Source of the DNA: Gemmatimonadota bacterium
GTDB taxonomy: Bacteria > Gemmatimonadota > Gemmatimonadetes > Longimicrobiales > Gaopeijiaceae
Assembly: GCA_034521595.1 (NCBI GenBank)
Contig: JAXHMG010000003.1
Location: 1,152,001 to 1,216,000 of the forward strand
DNA length: 64,000 bases
Reading direction: 5' to 3'
In this document: in pieces, positions 1 through 10,050 of the stretch
Position numbering within the stretch: the stretch's first letter is position 1
How the letters are laid out: each line of letters starts with the position of its first letter
Position numbers and translations under genes: made by a program
Notes under the pieces: generated by a model
Told to the model about the DNA's origin: nothing
What the model saw: the letters and a program-made list of their open reading frames with translations, nothing else
Databases searched by the model: none

Positions 1-72
1 GGGCATATGGTGGCCGACCTGATCATGATCAATGCGAGCCTCGACATCGTCCTCGGAGAGATCGACCGATGA
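1..72 (+). CDS. nuoD: NADH-quinone oxidoreductase subunit D, C-terminal fragment (cut by window edge)
   Basis: Frame 1 reads GHMVADLIMINASLDIVLGEIDR*, the typical NuoD C-terminus; stop overlaps nuoE ATG. Confidence 0.9.
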   Translation, partial: GHMVADLIMINASLDIVLGEIDR

Positions 73-725
73 GCGACGTGCCATTCAAGAACCCGGGGTG
101 GGCCGGCAACACGGGGGAGTTCGAGCTCAGTGAAGACGAGGTGAGAGGTAGGGACTTCGTCGGAGAACGCCCGAAGCACGCGGGGCACGCATCCGGAGCG
201 CCGACGATGCCCTACATGCTGCCGGAGAAGAATCCGGAGGCGACGCTCTTCGAGGGCGAGTATCAGGAGCGGTTCGAGAAGATCCTCTCGCGGTATCCGA
301 CCAAGCGCGCCGCGCTCTTGCCCACCCTCAACCTCGCCCAAGAGCTGAGGGGATACGTGAGCCCGGAGTCCATGGACCGCGTCGCCGAGCTGCTCGACCT
401 CGCGCCGGCGTACGTGCGCGGGGTCGCGACGTTCTACACGATGTACAACAAGCGCCCGGTGGGACGCTACCTGGTCCAGGTGTGCACCAACATCTCGTGC
501 AACCTGTGCGGTGCCGACGACGTCCTCAGCGCCTTCCTCTCCGACACGGACACGGAGCTCGGCGAGACGTCGGAAGACGGGAACTTCACGGTGATCGAGG
601 CCGAGTGCCTCGCCGGCTGCGGGTTCCCGACCTGCGTGCAGATCAACTCCGAGTACTTCGAGAACGTCACCCCCGACGAGGTGCCGAAGATTCTCGAGCA
701 CCTCAAGAGTCGGGGCACGAGCTGA
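69..725 (+). CDS. nuoE: NADH-quinone oxidoreductase subunit E (2Fe-2S)
   Basis: VATFYTMY, CTNISC...ECLAGC motifs; operon position. Confidence 0.95.
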   Translation: MSDVPFKNPGWAGNTGEFELSEDEVRGRDFVGERPKHAGHASGAPTMPYMLPEKNPEATLFEGEYQERFEKILSRYPTKRAALLPTLNLAQELRGYVSPESMDRVAELLDLAPAYVRGVATFYTMYNKRPVGRYLVQVCTNISCNLCGADDVLSAFLSDTDTELGETSEDGNFTVIEAECLAGCGFPTCVQINSEYFENVTPDEVPKILEHLKSRGTS

Positions 726-726
726 C

Positions 727-2019
727 ATGGCCTATCCCTACGTTTCGGACCGTGAGGTCCGTATCATCAGCACCGGTTTCGGTGATCCCGAGCAACGTCG
801 CATCGACACGTACGTGGACCGCGGCGGCTACGGAGCGTTGAAGAAGGCGCTCGGCCTGGAACCGGGCGAGGTCGTGGACATCGTCAAGGAGTCGGGGCTC
901 CGTGGACGCGGGGGCGCGGGCTTCCCCACCGGCGTGAAGTGGTCCTTCATGCCGAAGGAAAAAAACAAGCCGCACTACCTGATCTGCAACGCCGACGAGT
1001 CCGAGCCCGGCACGTTCAAAGACCGGGAGCTCATCCGCTGGGATCCGCATCAGCTCATCGAAGGATGTCTGATCGGTGCGCACGCGATGGGCGCGGAGCA
1101 CGTCTACATCTATTGCCGCGGGGAGTTTTTCGAGGCGACGCAGGTTCTCGCCAAGGCGGTCGAGGACGCTTACGCGAAGGGTTACGCCGGAGAGGACATC
1201 CTCGGGTCGGGCAAGACGATCGACGTTACCGTGCACGCCGGCGCCGGAGCCTACATCTGCGGTGAAGAGACCGGGCTGATGAACTCGCTCGAGGGCCGCC
1301 GCGGACAACCACGCGTCAAGCCTCCGTTCCCGGCCCAGGTCGGCGTCTTCGGGATGCCCTCGACCATCAACAACGTCGAGACGCTTTGCGCGGTGCCGCA
1401 CATCGTGACGAACGGCCCCGACTGGTACAAGGAACACGGCACGGAGAAGGCCCCGGGCACGAAGCTCTTCTGCGTCAGCGGGCACGTGAACAAGCCGGGG
1501 AACTACGAGCTACCCCTCGGCTTCCCACTCGCCGAGCTCATCGACGATGTCTGTGGCGGCGTCCGTGACGGGAATGCCCTCAAGGCGGTCATCCCCGGAG
1601 GTTCCTCGGTGCCCATCCTCAATGCCGAGGAGGCTCGGGCATGCGCCCTGGACTACGACGGGTGCGTCGAAGTCGGCACCATGCTGGGCTGTGCGTCGGT
1701 CATCGTGATGGATGAGACGACGGACATGGTCAAGCAGGCCCGACGCATGGTGGATTTCTACGCCCACGAATCCTGTGGGCAGTGCACGCCGTGCCGGGAG
1801 GGGTCCGCCTGGACGGCGAAGATGATGCGTCGAATCGAAGAAGGTCGAGGCACCGAAGAGGACCTCGACACCCTCATGAGCGCGACACAGGAGATGGTCG
1901 GAACCACGATCTGCGTGCTGTCCGACTCGGTCGCGGCTCCGGTGCAATCTTCGATCCGGAAATTCAGAGACGAATACCTGGCCCTGATCCGTCGGGGCGA
2001 GCGGGTAGGAGCAGCTTGA
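727..2019 (+). CDS. nuoF: NADH-quinone oxidoreductase subunit F (FMN, NADH binding)
   Basis: GLRGRGGAGFPTG, NADESEPGTFKDR, GAGAYICGEET, ESCGQCTPCREG. Confidence 0.98.
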   Translation: MAYPYVSDREVRIISTGFGDPEQRRIDTYVDRGGYGALKKALGLEPGEVVDIVKESGLRGRGGAGFPTGVKWSFMPKEKNKPHYLICNADESEPGTFKDRELIRWDPHQLIEGCLIGAHAMGAEHVYIYCRGEFFEATQVLAKAVEDAYAKGYAGEDILGSGKTIDVTVHAGAGAYICGEETGLMNSLEGRRGQPRVKPPFPAQVGVFGMPSTINNVETLCAVPHIVTNGPDWYKEHGTEKAPGTKLFCVSGHVNKPGNYELPLGFPLAELIDDVCGGVRDGNALKAVIPGGSSVPILNAEEARACALDYDGCVEVGTMLGCASVIVMDETTDMVKQARRMVDFYAHESCGQCTPCREGSAWTAKMMRRIEEGRGTEEDLDTLMSATQEMVGTTICVLSDSVAAPVQSSIRKFRDEYLALIRRGERVGAA

Positions 2020-3623
2020 TGGCTGAGATGGTGACACTGACGATCGACGGGCGCGAGCTTTCGGTTCCGAAGGGAACGACGATCCTCGAGGCCGCCAAGC
2101 AGATCGGAACGGAAGTCCCGCATTATTGCTACCATCCGGGCATGTCCTCTCCGGCCATGTGCCGCCTCTGCCTCGTGGAGGTCGAAGGTGCGCCGAAGCC
2201 GATGCCGTCGTGCATAACCACGGCGACGGACGGGCAGGTCGTGCGTACGCAGTCCGAAGAAGCGCTCGGACATCGTCGAGCGGTGCTCGAGTTCTACCTC
2301 GTGAACCATCCGCTCGACTGCCCGATCTGCGACATGTCCGGGGAGTGCCACCTCCAGGACTACACGCACGAGGAGGGACCGAAGCACGGGCGGAGTCGGG
2401 AGCCGAAGCGGGTGTTCGGACGCGACGATTTCGGCGGCGACGTGCTTTTCTACGGGGACCGCTGCGTCATGTGCACGCGGTGCGTCCGCTTCATGAACGA
2501 AGTCGAGCAGGATTCCCGCCTGACGGTGGTGGAGCGGGGCAGCCGGTCGGTCATCGACACGTTCTTCGACGAGGGGCTCGAAGGCACGTACTGGCACGGC
2601 AACATCGTGGACGTGTGCCCGGTGGGCGCGCTCGTTTCGAAGGACTTCCTCCACAAGGCCCGCGCCTGGGATCTCGACCACACGCCCTCGATCTGTCCGG
2701 GATGCTCGCAGGGGTGCAACATCGAGCTCCACACCCGTGACAACCTCGTGCAGCGCCTCAAGCCGCGGGAAAACCTGGACGTCAACGGCTGGTGGATGTG
2801 TGACTACGGACGCATGGACTACGAATGGATGAACGCCGGCGGGCGTATCGAAGCGCCGCTCGTTCGCCGTGGGGACACAGCCCAGGCCGCCGGCTGGAAG
2901 GACGCGCTCGGAACACTGTTGGACCGTGTGCGCGGCCTCGGCTCACCGACGGTGAAGGCGGTGGCTTCCCCACATGCATCCAACGAGGATCTGGGCGCCC
3001 TGAAGGCATTCCTCGACGCCCTGGGAGGCGCCGAGGTCGTCTATCGCGGCAGGAGGGCCGAAGACGAGGTCGTCCTGAAGGGCTTCCCATCTCTCGCGAG
3101 GCGGCGTGACCTCACGCCGAACGCGACCGGCGCGGAGCTACACGGAGCCCGCCGGGTCGGGTCGGACGAGGCCACGGGTGGCCTCGACGACGTCGCGACG
3201 CACGACGGTGTGGTGGTCGTCCTCGGGGATCCACTCGACGACCAGCCGGAGGACTTCGCGAAGGACGCCTCGCTCTTCGTCTACCTCGGGCAGCACGCGC
3301 CGCCTGCTGCAAATGGAGCCGACTTCGTGCTTCCCGTGACGACCTTCGCGGAGCAGGAGGGCACGTTCACGAACCATGAGGGTCGTGTGCAGCGCTTCTG
3401 GGCCGGCATGGTCGCGCCCGGCATGGCTCGTCCGCCTTGGCTCGTCTTGGGGGCGTTGGCCGCCGAGCTCGGAGACACCGCGGCGGCCGTGCGAACCGCC
3501 GCCGAAGCGTTCCAGTCGTTCGGGAGCCGCATTCCTGCGTTCGAAGGCCTCGGCTACGACGACCTGGGTACCCGCGGGGCGATCGTGAACGAGACCGTGG
3601 CTATCACCGGTGAGGGCGCCTGA
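2019..3623 (+). CDS. nuoG: NADH-quinone oxidoreductase subunit G (short form, about 534 aa)
   Basis: ATG at 2019 overlaps nuoF stop; HPLDCPICD, RCVMCTRC, CPVGAL, CPGCSQGC Fe-S motifs. Confidence 0.93.
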   Translation: MAEMVTLTIDGRELSVPKGTTILEAAKQIGTEVPHYCYHPGMSSPAMCRLCLVEVEGAPKPMPSCITTATDGQVVRTQSEEALGHRRAVLEFYLVNHPLDCPICDMSGECHLQDYTHEEGPKHGRSREPKRVFGRDDFGGDVLFYGDRCVMCTRCVRFMNEVEQDSRLTVVERGSRSVIDTFFDEGLEGTYWHGNIVDVCPVGALVSKDFLHKARAWDLDHTPSICPGCSQGCNIELHTRDNLVQRLKPRENLDVNGWWMCDYGRMDYEWMNAGGRIEAPLVRRGDTAQAAGWKDALGTLLDRVRGLGSPTVKAVASPHASNEDLGALKAFLDALGGAEVVYRGRRAEDEVVLKGFPSLARRRDLTPNATGAELHGARRVGSDEATGGLDDVATHDGVVVVLGDPLDDQPEDFAKDASLFVYLGQHAPPAANGADFVLPVTTFAEQEGTFTNHEGRVQRFWAGMVAPGMARPPWLVLGALAAELGDTAAAVRTAAEAFQSFGSRIPAFEGLGYDDLGTRGAIVNETVAITGEGA

Positions 3624-4918
3624 TGGAGTCCCTGCAACCGATTTCCGGGACCTGGGCCGGCATCGCGACGTGGCTCAAAGTCATGGGCATCTTCACCCTC
3701 GTCATGATTCTGGTCGCGTACATGACACTGGCGGAGCGCCGTGTCTCGGCGTTCATCCAGGACCGCCGCGGACCCAACCGAGTCGGTCCCTTCGGACTCC
3801 TGCAGCCCATCGCGGACGGGATCAAGAACATCCTGAAGGAAGAAACGCTTCCGGCCACCGCGTCGCGGATGTTCTTCGTCCTCGCACCGATGATGGTGCT
3901 CGTCCCGTCGCTCGTGACCTTCGCCGTGATCCCGATCGCGGCGCCGCTCCCGACGTCCGCAGGGGTGGTGGACATGATCATCGCGGACCTCCCGATCGGC
4001 ATCCTCTACGTCCTCGCCTTCAGCTCGCTCGCCGTATACGGAGTGGTGCTCGGAGGCTGGTCGTCGAACAACAAGTACGCTTTCCTCGGAGGGCTCCGGG
4101 CGTCGGCCCAGATGGTGAGCTACGAGGTAGCCCTGGGCCTCTCGATCATCACGGTCTTGATGGTCGCCGGAAACGTCACCCTCACCGAGGTGGTCGCGCA
4201 GCAACAGCAACTGGGCGTTTGGTTCGCGTTGCCGCTTTCGCTGGCGTTCATCCTGTTCGTGGTCTCCGCGTTCGCCGAGACGAACCGGCTCCCATTCGAC
4301 ATGCCGGAGGCCGAGTCCGAGCTGGTGACCGGGTATCACACCGAGTACTCCTCCATGAAGTTCTCGGCGTTCATGATCTCCGAATACGGTCACATGGTCA
4401 CGGCATCGGCGCTGATGGCCACGCTGTTCCTCGGGGGGTGGGACATCCCCTTCTGGAACGGAGACGACGCCTTTTGGCATCAGGGTCAGCTCATCTCGGG
4501 CTTCGCAGCGGACGGCAGCGTCATCCTGGCCGAACCCACCTGGTGGAAGACGCTGCTCACTTTCGGGGCTTTCGCGGTCAAGACCGGATTCTTCCTGCTG
4601 GTCTACATCTGGGTCCGCTGGTCACTTCCACGCTTCCGGTACGACCAGGTGATGTCGCTGGGATGGAAGGTCATGCTCCCCACAGCCTTGGCCTACATCA
4701 TGGTCATCGCCGGAACCATCCTGTTCCTGGACGAGATCGGCATGGCCTGGGGCTTCGGGTACGGGATGGCGCTCACCGCGGTGAGTGCCGTGGGAACCGC
4801 CGGGTTCATCTACTTCCTCGACCGCGGCCGCACCATCACGGGTGCGGCGGCCCACCCCGGCCAGCGCAGGGAGATCAAGGTCAAGCACGTTTCTCAGCCC
4901 ACTGCGGCGGGAGAATAG
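3623..4918 (+). CDS. nuoH: NADH-quinone oxidoreductase subunit H
   Basis: GPNRVGPFGLLQPIADGIK, AETNRLPFD..EAESELV, PRFRYDQ. Confidence 0.97.
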   Translation: MESLQPISGTWAGIATWLKVMGIFTLVMILVAYMTLAERRVSAFIQDRRGPNRVGPFGLLQPIADGIKNILKEETLPATASRMFFVLAPMMVLVPSLVTFAVIPIAAPLPTSAGVVDMIIADLPIGILYVLAFSSLAVYGVVLGGWSSNNKYAFLGGLRASAQMVSYEVALGLSIITVLMVAGNVTLTEVVAQQQQLGVWFALPLSLAFILFVVSAFAETNRLPFDMPEAESELVTGYHTEYSSMKFSAFMISEYGHMVTASALMATLFLGGWDIPFWNGDDAFWHQGQLISGFAADGSVILAEPTWWKTLLTFGAFAVKTGFFLLVYIWVRWSLPRFRYDQVMSLGWKVMLPTALAYIMVIAGTILFLDEIGMAWGFGYGMALTAVSAVGTAGFIYFLDRGRTITGAAAHPGQRREIKVKHVSQPTAAGE

Positions 4919-4921
4919 AGA

Positions 4922-5422
4922 ATGGCGATATCAGTACGGGTCATGGAGCGCCCGGAGCCGGAGACGACGTCATATCTCCGGGCGGCGCTCAGCGGGATGG
5001 CACTCACTTTCAAGCACCTGGTGAACCCGAACAAGGTCACCCAACAGTACCCCGAGGAGCAGACCGACCTCAGCCCCCGGTGGCGCGGTACGCACCGCAT
5101 GGAGGTGCACGCGGACGGGCGACCCAAGTGCGTCGCTTGCGGCCTGTGCCCGACCGTGTGCCCCGCAAACTGCATCCGATTGGTCGGGGGTGAGGACGAC
5201 CAGGGGAACCGTTATCCCATCGTCTACGAGATCGACGAGTTCCGCTGCATCTTCTGCGGGATGTGCCAGGAAGTCTGTCCCGTCGAGGCGATCCACGTCG
5301 GCCAGCACTTCGAGAACGCGGAGTACACGCGCGACCGCTTCGTCTACGACCTCGACCGCCTCATGGAGCAGGAGCATCCCGTCACCTTGCTTTGGGATCC
5401 GGCCGACCCGAGGTCGGAGTGA
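4922..5422 (+). CDS. nuoI: NADH-quinone oxidoreductase subunit I
   Basis: Two CxxCxxCxxxCP ferredoxin motifs; operon position. Confidence 0.96.
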   Translation: MAISVRVMERPEPETTSYLRAALSGMALTFKHLVNPNKVTQQYPEEQTDLSPRWRGTHRMEVHADGRPKCVACGLCPTVCPANCIRLVGGEDDQGNRYPIVYEIDEFRCIFCGMCQEVCPVEAIHVGQHFENAEYTRDRFVYDLDRLMEQEHPVTLLWDPADPRSE

Positions 5423-5501
5423 CTGAGCTCCAGATGAAGACCGCGCGCCGCTCCGAGCTCGGGGCCGTGCGGACACCTTCCGTCCACCCGCAAGCCGCTC
5501 G

Positions 5502-6020
5502 ATGATGGACATTCTGTTTTACGTCTTCTCCGCAGTGGCCATCGGCGGGGCGCTCGGGGTCGTGCTCGCCAAGAGCCCGGTCGGGAGCCTCCTGTTCATG
5601 GTCACGACACTGGCGAGCCTGGCCGGCACGTTCGTGCTGCTCGAAGCGCACTTTCTCGCGGCGATCCAGGTCATCGTGTACGCCGGCGCGATCATGGTGC
5701 TCTTCCTCTTCGTCATCATGCTTCTGAACCTCGGACACGACTACGTGCAAGACCTTAGAGGCGGTGCCTTCGGTGTGGCATCGTTCGCCGTCATCGGGCT
5801 CATGGCGGGTCTGCTGTCGCGTCAGCTCAGTGGCCCCGGAACACCCACGTCCGGAGAGGGGGGAGCAGCCATCGATGCCGCCATCGCGGAGCACGGGGTC
5901 GTCGGTGCCATCGCCGAGCCGCTGTACACGACCTACGTCGTCCCCTTCGAGATCACGGGGATTCTCCTTCTCGTTGCGATCGTGGGCGCGATCGTTCTGG
6001 CCAAGAGGAAGGTTGACTGA
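5502..6020 (+). CDS. nuoJ: NADH-quinone oxidoreductase subunit J
   Basis: [31 protein letters not shown]. Confidence 0.96.
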   Translation: MMDILFYVFSAVAIGGALGVVLAKSPVGSLLFMVTTLASLAGTFVLLEAHFLAAIQVIVYAGAIMVLFLFVIMLLNLGHDYVQDLRGGAFGVASFAVIGLMAGLLSRQLSGPGTPTSGEGGAAIDAAIAEHGVVGAIAEPLYTTYVVPFEITGILLLVAIVGAIVLAKRKVD

Positions 6021-6313
6021 TGATCAATGAGGCCCTGGTCCTGAGCGCGATCCTCTTCGTGATCGGCACCTTCGGCGTCCTCGTGCGGCGGAACGCCATC
6101 ATCATGTTCCTCGCCATCGAGCTGCAGCTCAACGCGGTGAACCTCGCGTTCGTGGCCTTTTCCCGCGTCGTCGGGATCGAGGGACAGGTATTCGTTTTCT
6201 TCGTGATGACCGTCGCCGCCGCGGAAGCCGCGGTCGGACTCGCGATCATCATCTCGATCTTCAGGCACTACGAGACCGTGAACGTGAATAACTTCAACCT
6301 GCTCAAGTGGTAG
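6020..6313 (+). CDS. nuoK: NADH-quinone oxidoreductase subunit K
   Basis: [21 protein letters not shown]. Confidence 0.97.
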   Translation: MINEALVLSAILFVIGTFGVLVRRNAIIMFLAIELQLNAVNLAFVAFSRVVGIEGQVFVFFVMTVAAAEAAVGLAIIISIFRHYETVNVNNFNLLKW

Positions 6314-6317
6314 CGGC

Positions 6318-8480
6318 ATGCACGCTTCCCTAGCAGCACTTCTGGCCCCGAGCGAGAGCATTCAGGCGGGTTCGGCACAGTTCGAGCCGTTCTTCCCCGG
6401 CTTGGTCGTGCTCCTTCCGCTTCTCGGATTCGCCCTGAACGGTTTTCTCGCGCTCAAGCACGCGCGGGCCTCGGCCGATGCGGTACGAGGGGGCGGAGAG
6501 CTCGAGCTCGGTGGAGAGGAAGGACGCCCGAGCACGCATACCCTCCCGACGCTCATCGGCCCGGGGGTGATGCTCCTCGCGTTCCTGATCACGCTGATCA
6601 ACTTCTTCGGCATGCTCGGAACCGAGCTGAGCGCCCCGGTCGTGGTGGAATACTGGACGTGGGTGGCCACCGGAACGTTCACGGTGAACGCGGCGCTCCA
6701 GCTCGATCAGCTTTCGATGATCATGATGCTGGTCGTCACGGGCGTCGGCTTCCTCATCCACGTGTTCAGCGTGGGCTACATGAAGGACGATCCGGGCTAT
6801 CCCCGGTACTTCGCGTACCTCAATATGTTCGTCTTCTTCATGCTGGTCCTCGTCATGGGGTCGAGCTACCCGGTGATGTTCGTCGGGTGGGAAGGGGTGG
6901 GGCTCTCCTCCTACCTCCTGATCGGGTTCTGGTTCGGAGACCGGGAAAAGTCCGACGCGGGGAAGAAGGCCTTCATCGTGAACCGGATCGGGGACGTCGG
7001 CTTCATCGTCGCGATGTTCTTCCTGTTCACGACGTTCGGCACACTGGACTTCACGTCGATCTTCGCGAACGCGGAGTCGAGCCTCGTGTACGGCGGTGGC
7101 TTGGTGACCGCCGTGACCTTGCTCTTCCTCCTGGGTGCGACCGGGAAGAGCGCACAGATTCCCCTCTACGTTTGGCTCCCCGACGCGATGGCCGGCCCGA
7201 CTCCGGTCTCGGCGCTCATCCACGCCGCCACGATGGTCACGGCCGGCGTCTACCTCGTGGCTCGCTCCTCCGTGCTCTTCGCGCTCTCACCGGTCGGCAG
7301 CGCGACGGTGGCCGGGATCGGCGTCCTCACGGCACTCTTCGCCGCGACGATCGCCCTGAAGCAGAACGACATCAAGAAGGTCCTCGCCTACTCCACGGTC
7401 TCCCAGCTCGGCTACATGTTCGTGGGCGTCGGGGTAGGGGCGTACGCGGCCGGCGTATTCCACCTCATGACGCACGCCTTCTTCAAGGCGCTTCTCTTCC
7501 TCGGGTCCGGAGCCGTGATCCACGCGATGCACCACGCGTATCACGCCACGCACAACCACGAAGACGCCCAGGACATGCGTAACATGGGTGGCATGAAGCG
7601 TTACATGCCCATCACGTGGATCACCATGTGGATCGCGACCCTCGCGATCGCCGGCATCTGGCCATTCGCGGGCTTCTTCTCGAAGGACGAGATCATCTGG
7701 TATACGGGCGCTTTCGGTGGCGCGGAAAACGCTCCGTTCCCCGGCCTCTACACCGTGTACTGGATCATCGCGCTCGTGGCGGCCGTGCTGACCGCCTTCT
7801 ACATGACCCGCATGATGGTGCTGACCTTCCACGGGTCGAATCGAACCGGTTCCGAGGAAGAGAAGCATCTCCACGAATCGCCCCCGGTCATGTGGGTACC
7901 CTTGGTCATCCTCGCCGCCCTCTCCATCTTCGGCGGCTGGATCAACGTCCCCGAAGCGATCCGTACGTCGTTCCTGGGAGGTTTCGGAGCACTCCCCATG
8001 GGTGAGTGGTTGCATCACTGGCTGGAGCCCGTGACCGCCCAGGCTCACCACATCCAGGAAACCCACCTCGGCGAGGTGGCGCATTCCGCTCCGTTCGGCG
8101 GCGGCGAGCTCGCCTGGGCGCTGATCGCGACCACGCTCGCGCTCGTCGTGGTCCTGATCTCGGCACGGGTGATAGGCGGACGTCCGGTCGCCACTGCGCG
8201 TGACGACGTCGAGCCGACCGGATTCGGGAAGCTTCTCTACAACAAGTGGTACGTGGACGAGTTCTACGACCGCTTCATCGTCCAGCCCGTGGTCAGGGCC
8301 TCCCGATTCTGCTGGAAGGTGATCGATGCCGTCATCATCGACGGGATCGTGAACGCGGTCGGATGGTTCGCCCGCGGGGTGGGCTGGGGCGTGAGCATGT
8401 TCCAGACCGGATCGGTGAACACCTACGCATTCATCTTAACCGTCGGCGTCCTGGTCATCCTCGGCGTCTCGATGTTCTAA
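6318..8480 (+). CDS. nuoL: NADH-quinone oxidoreductase subunit L
   Basis: GKSAQIPLYVWLPDAMAGPTPVSALIHAATMV, HAFFKALLFL. Confidence 0.97.
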   Translation: MHASLAALLAPSESIQAGSAQFEPFFPGLVVLLPLLGFALNGFLALKHARASADAVRGGGELELGGEEGRPSTHTLPTLIGPGVMLLAFLITLINFFGMLGTELSAPVVVEYWTWVATGTFTVNAALQLDQLSMIMMLVVTGVGFLIHVFSVGYMKDDPGYPRYFAYLNMFVFFMLVLVMGSSYPVMFVGWEGVGLSSYLLIGFWFGDREKSDAGKKAFIVNRIGDVGFIVAMFFLFTTFGTLDFTSIFANAESSLVYGGGLVTAVTLLFLLGATGKSAQIPLYVWLPDAMAGPTPVSALIHAATMVTAGVYLVARSSVLFALSPVGSATVAGIGVLTALFAATIALKQNDIKKVLAYSTVSQLGYMFVGVGVGAYAAGVFHLMTHAFFKALLFLGSGAVIHAMHHAYHATHNHEDAQDMRNMGGMKRYMPITWITMWIATLAIAGIWPFAGFFSKDEIIWYTGAFGGAENAPFPGLYTVYWIIALVAAVLTAFYMTRMMVLTFHGSNRTGSEEEKHLHESPPVMWVPLVILAALSIFGGWINVPEAIRTSFLGGFGALPMGEWLHHWLEPVTAQAHHIQETHLGEVAHSAPFGGGELAWALIATTLALVVVLISARVIGGRPVATARDDVEPTGFGKLLYNKWYVDEFYDRFIVQPVVRASRFCWKVIDAVIIDGIVNAVGWFARGVGWGVSMFQTGSVNTYAFILTVGVLVILGVSMF

Positions 8481-10039
8481 TGACAGGCATGCTCGAAACG
8501 ATCGGTTACGCGAACTGGGCGCTCCACGCGCTCATCTGGCTCCCCGTGCTCGGCATGGGCTTGGTGCTCTGGACGGAAGAGGAGCGCGCCAAGACCGTGG
8601 CGTTCTGGTGGTCCCTGGGTGTCTTCTTGCTCAGCCTCGGGCTCTGGTGGACGTTCGAGCCCGGCTACGGCGGCATGCAGATGGAGACCGTCACTCCGTG
8701 GATCGACAGCTGGGGCGTGAGCTACGCGCTCGGCGTGGACGGGATCAGCCTGTTCATGGTCATGCTGACGACGTTCAGCACCTCGATCGCCATCCTCGGG
8801 TCCTTCAATTACATCAAGGACCGGCAACGAGCTTTCTACGCCCTCATGCTGTTGCTCGAAGCGGGCGTGATCGGGGTGTTCGTGGCGACCGACCTGCTCC
8901 TCTTCTACGTGTTCTTCGAGCTCACGCTCGTCCCGATGTACTTCATCGTCGGGATCTGGGGTGGGGAGCGGCGAATCTACGCTGCCATCAAGTTCTTCCT
9001 GTACACGGCGTTCGGGTCCCTCCTGATGCTCGTCGGCATCCTTTATCTCGTCTTCAAGGCGAAGATGTTCCTCGGTGTGCCGACCTTCGCGTACGCGGAT
9101 CTCCTGCAAGTGCCACTCACGGGCACCGAACAGCTTTGGCTGTTCACCGCGTTTGCGCTCGCATTCAGCGTGAAGGTGCCGGTCTTCCCGTTGCACACCT
9201 GGCTACCCGACGCGCACGTCGAAGCGCCCACGCCCGGCTCGGTGATCCTGGCCGCAGTCCTCCTGAAGATGGGAACGTACGGGTTCCTGCGTTTCCTGCT
9301 CCCCCTGTTTCCGGCCGCCGCAAAGCATCCGACGGTGGTCATGGTCATGTTGGTCCTCGGGGTGATCGGCATCCTGTACACGGCCTGGGTTGCGGCCGTC
9401 CAACCGGATGCCAAGAAGCTCGTGGCGTACACCTCCGTCGCGCACATGGGCTTCGTCGTGCTCGGGGTCTTCGCGCTGACCGTGAACGGAATCCAGGGCG
9501 GCCTGGTCGTCATGATTTCCCACGGCATCAGCACCGGGGCGCTGTTCCTGCTCCTCGGCATGTTGTACGAACGGCGACACACCCGCGCTATCGCGGACTT
9601 CGGAGGTCTGGGACGTGTCGCCCCCTGGCTCGCGACCGCCTTCGTGATCACCGCCCTGGCTTCGATCGGGCTGCCGGGCACGAGTGGCTTCGTGGGTGAA
9701 TTTCTGGCGCTTCTGGGGACGTTCGAGACGCATCCGACGATCGCCATCGTGGCGACCCTCGGGGTGATCTTCGCGGCCTACTACATGCTGCCGATGGTCC
9801 AGAAAATCTTCTTCAACAAGCTCGACAAGCCAGAAAATCGGGAGGTTCAGGACCTTTCGGGGCGGGAAATCGCCATCCTCTCCCCCCTCGTGGCGCTGAT
9901 GATCGTCATCGGCTGCTATCCGACGCCACTGCTCGAGCGAATGGAGCCCAGTGTTCGTGCCGTCGTCGAACGAGTGGAGCAGGCTACGCCCGCGCTCTCC
10001 CAAGAATCCGATGACGAGACCGTCATCTCCGGCCAATAG
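8480..10039 (+). CDS. nuoM: NADH-quinone oxidoreductase subunit M
   Basis: ATG overlapping nuoL stop (TAATG); PLHTWLPDAHVEAP, LLKMGTYG. Confidence 0.96.
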   Translation: MTGMLETIGYANWALHALIWLPVLGMGLVLWTEEERAKTVAFWWSLGVFLLSLGLWWTFEPGYGGMQMETVTPWIDSWGVSYALGVDGISLFMVMLTTFSTSIAILGSFNYIKDRQRAFYALMLLLEAGVIGVFVATDLLLFYVFFELTLVPMYFIVGIWGGERRIYAAIKFFLYTAFGSLLMLVGILYLVFKAKMFLGVPTFAYADLLQVPLTGTEQLWLFTAFALAFSVKVPVFPLHTWLPDAHVEAPTPGSVILAAVLLKMGTYGFLRFLLPLFPAAAKHPTVVMVMLVLGVIGILYTAWVAAVQPDAKKLVAYTSVAHMGFVVLGVFALTVNGIQGGLVVMISHGISTGALFLLLGMLYERRHTRAIADFGGLGRVAPWLATAFVITALASIGLPGTSGFVGEFLALLGTFETHPTIAIVATLGVIFAAYYMLPMVQKIFFNKLDKPENREVQDLSGREIAILSPLVALMIVIGCYPTPLLERMEPSVRAVVERVEQATPALSQESDDETVISGQ

Positions 10040-10050
10040 AGAACGCAACG

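Noticed and set aside
1782..2018. Upstream extensions given by the ORF track for nuoG (also nuoM, fabG, kdsD, wecB, cobB, pcm)
   Set aside because: They overlap the upstream genes; starts at or next to the upstream stop fit the homologous N-termini better
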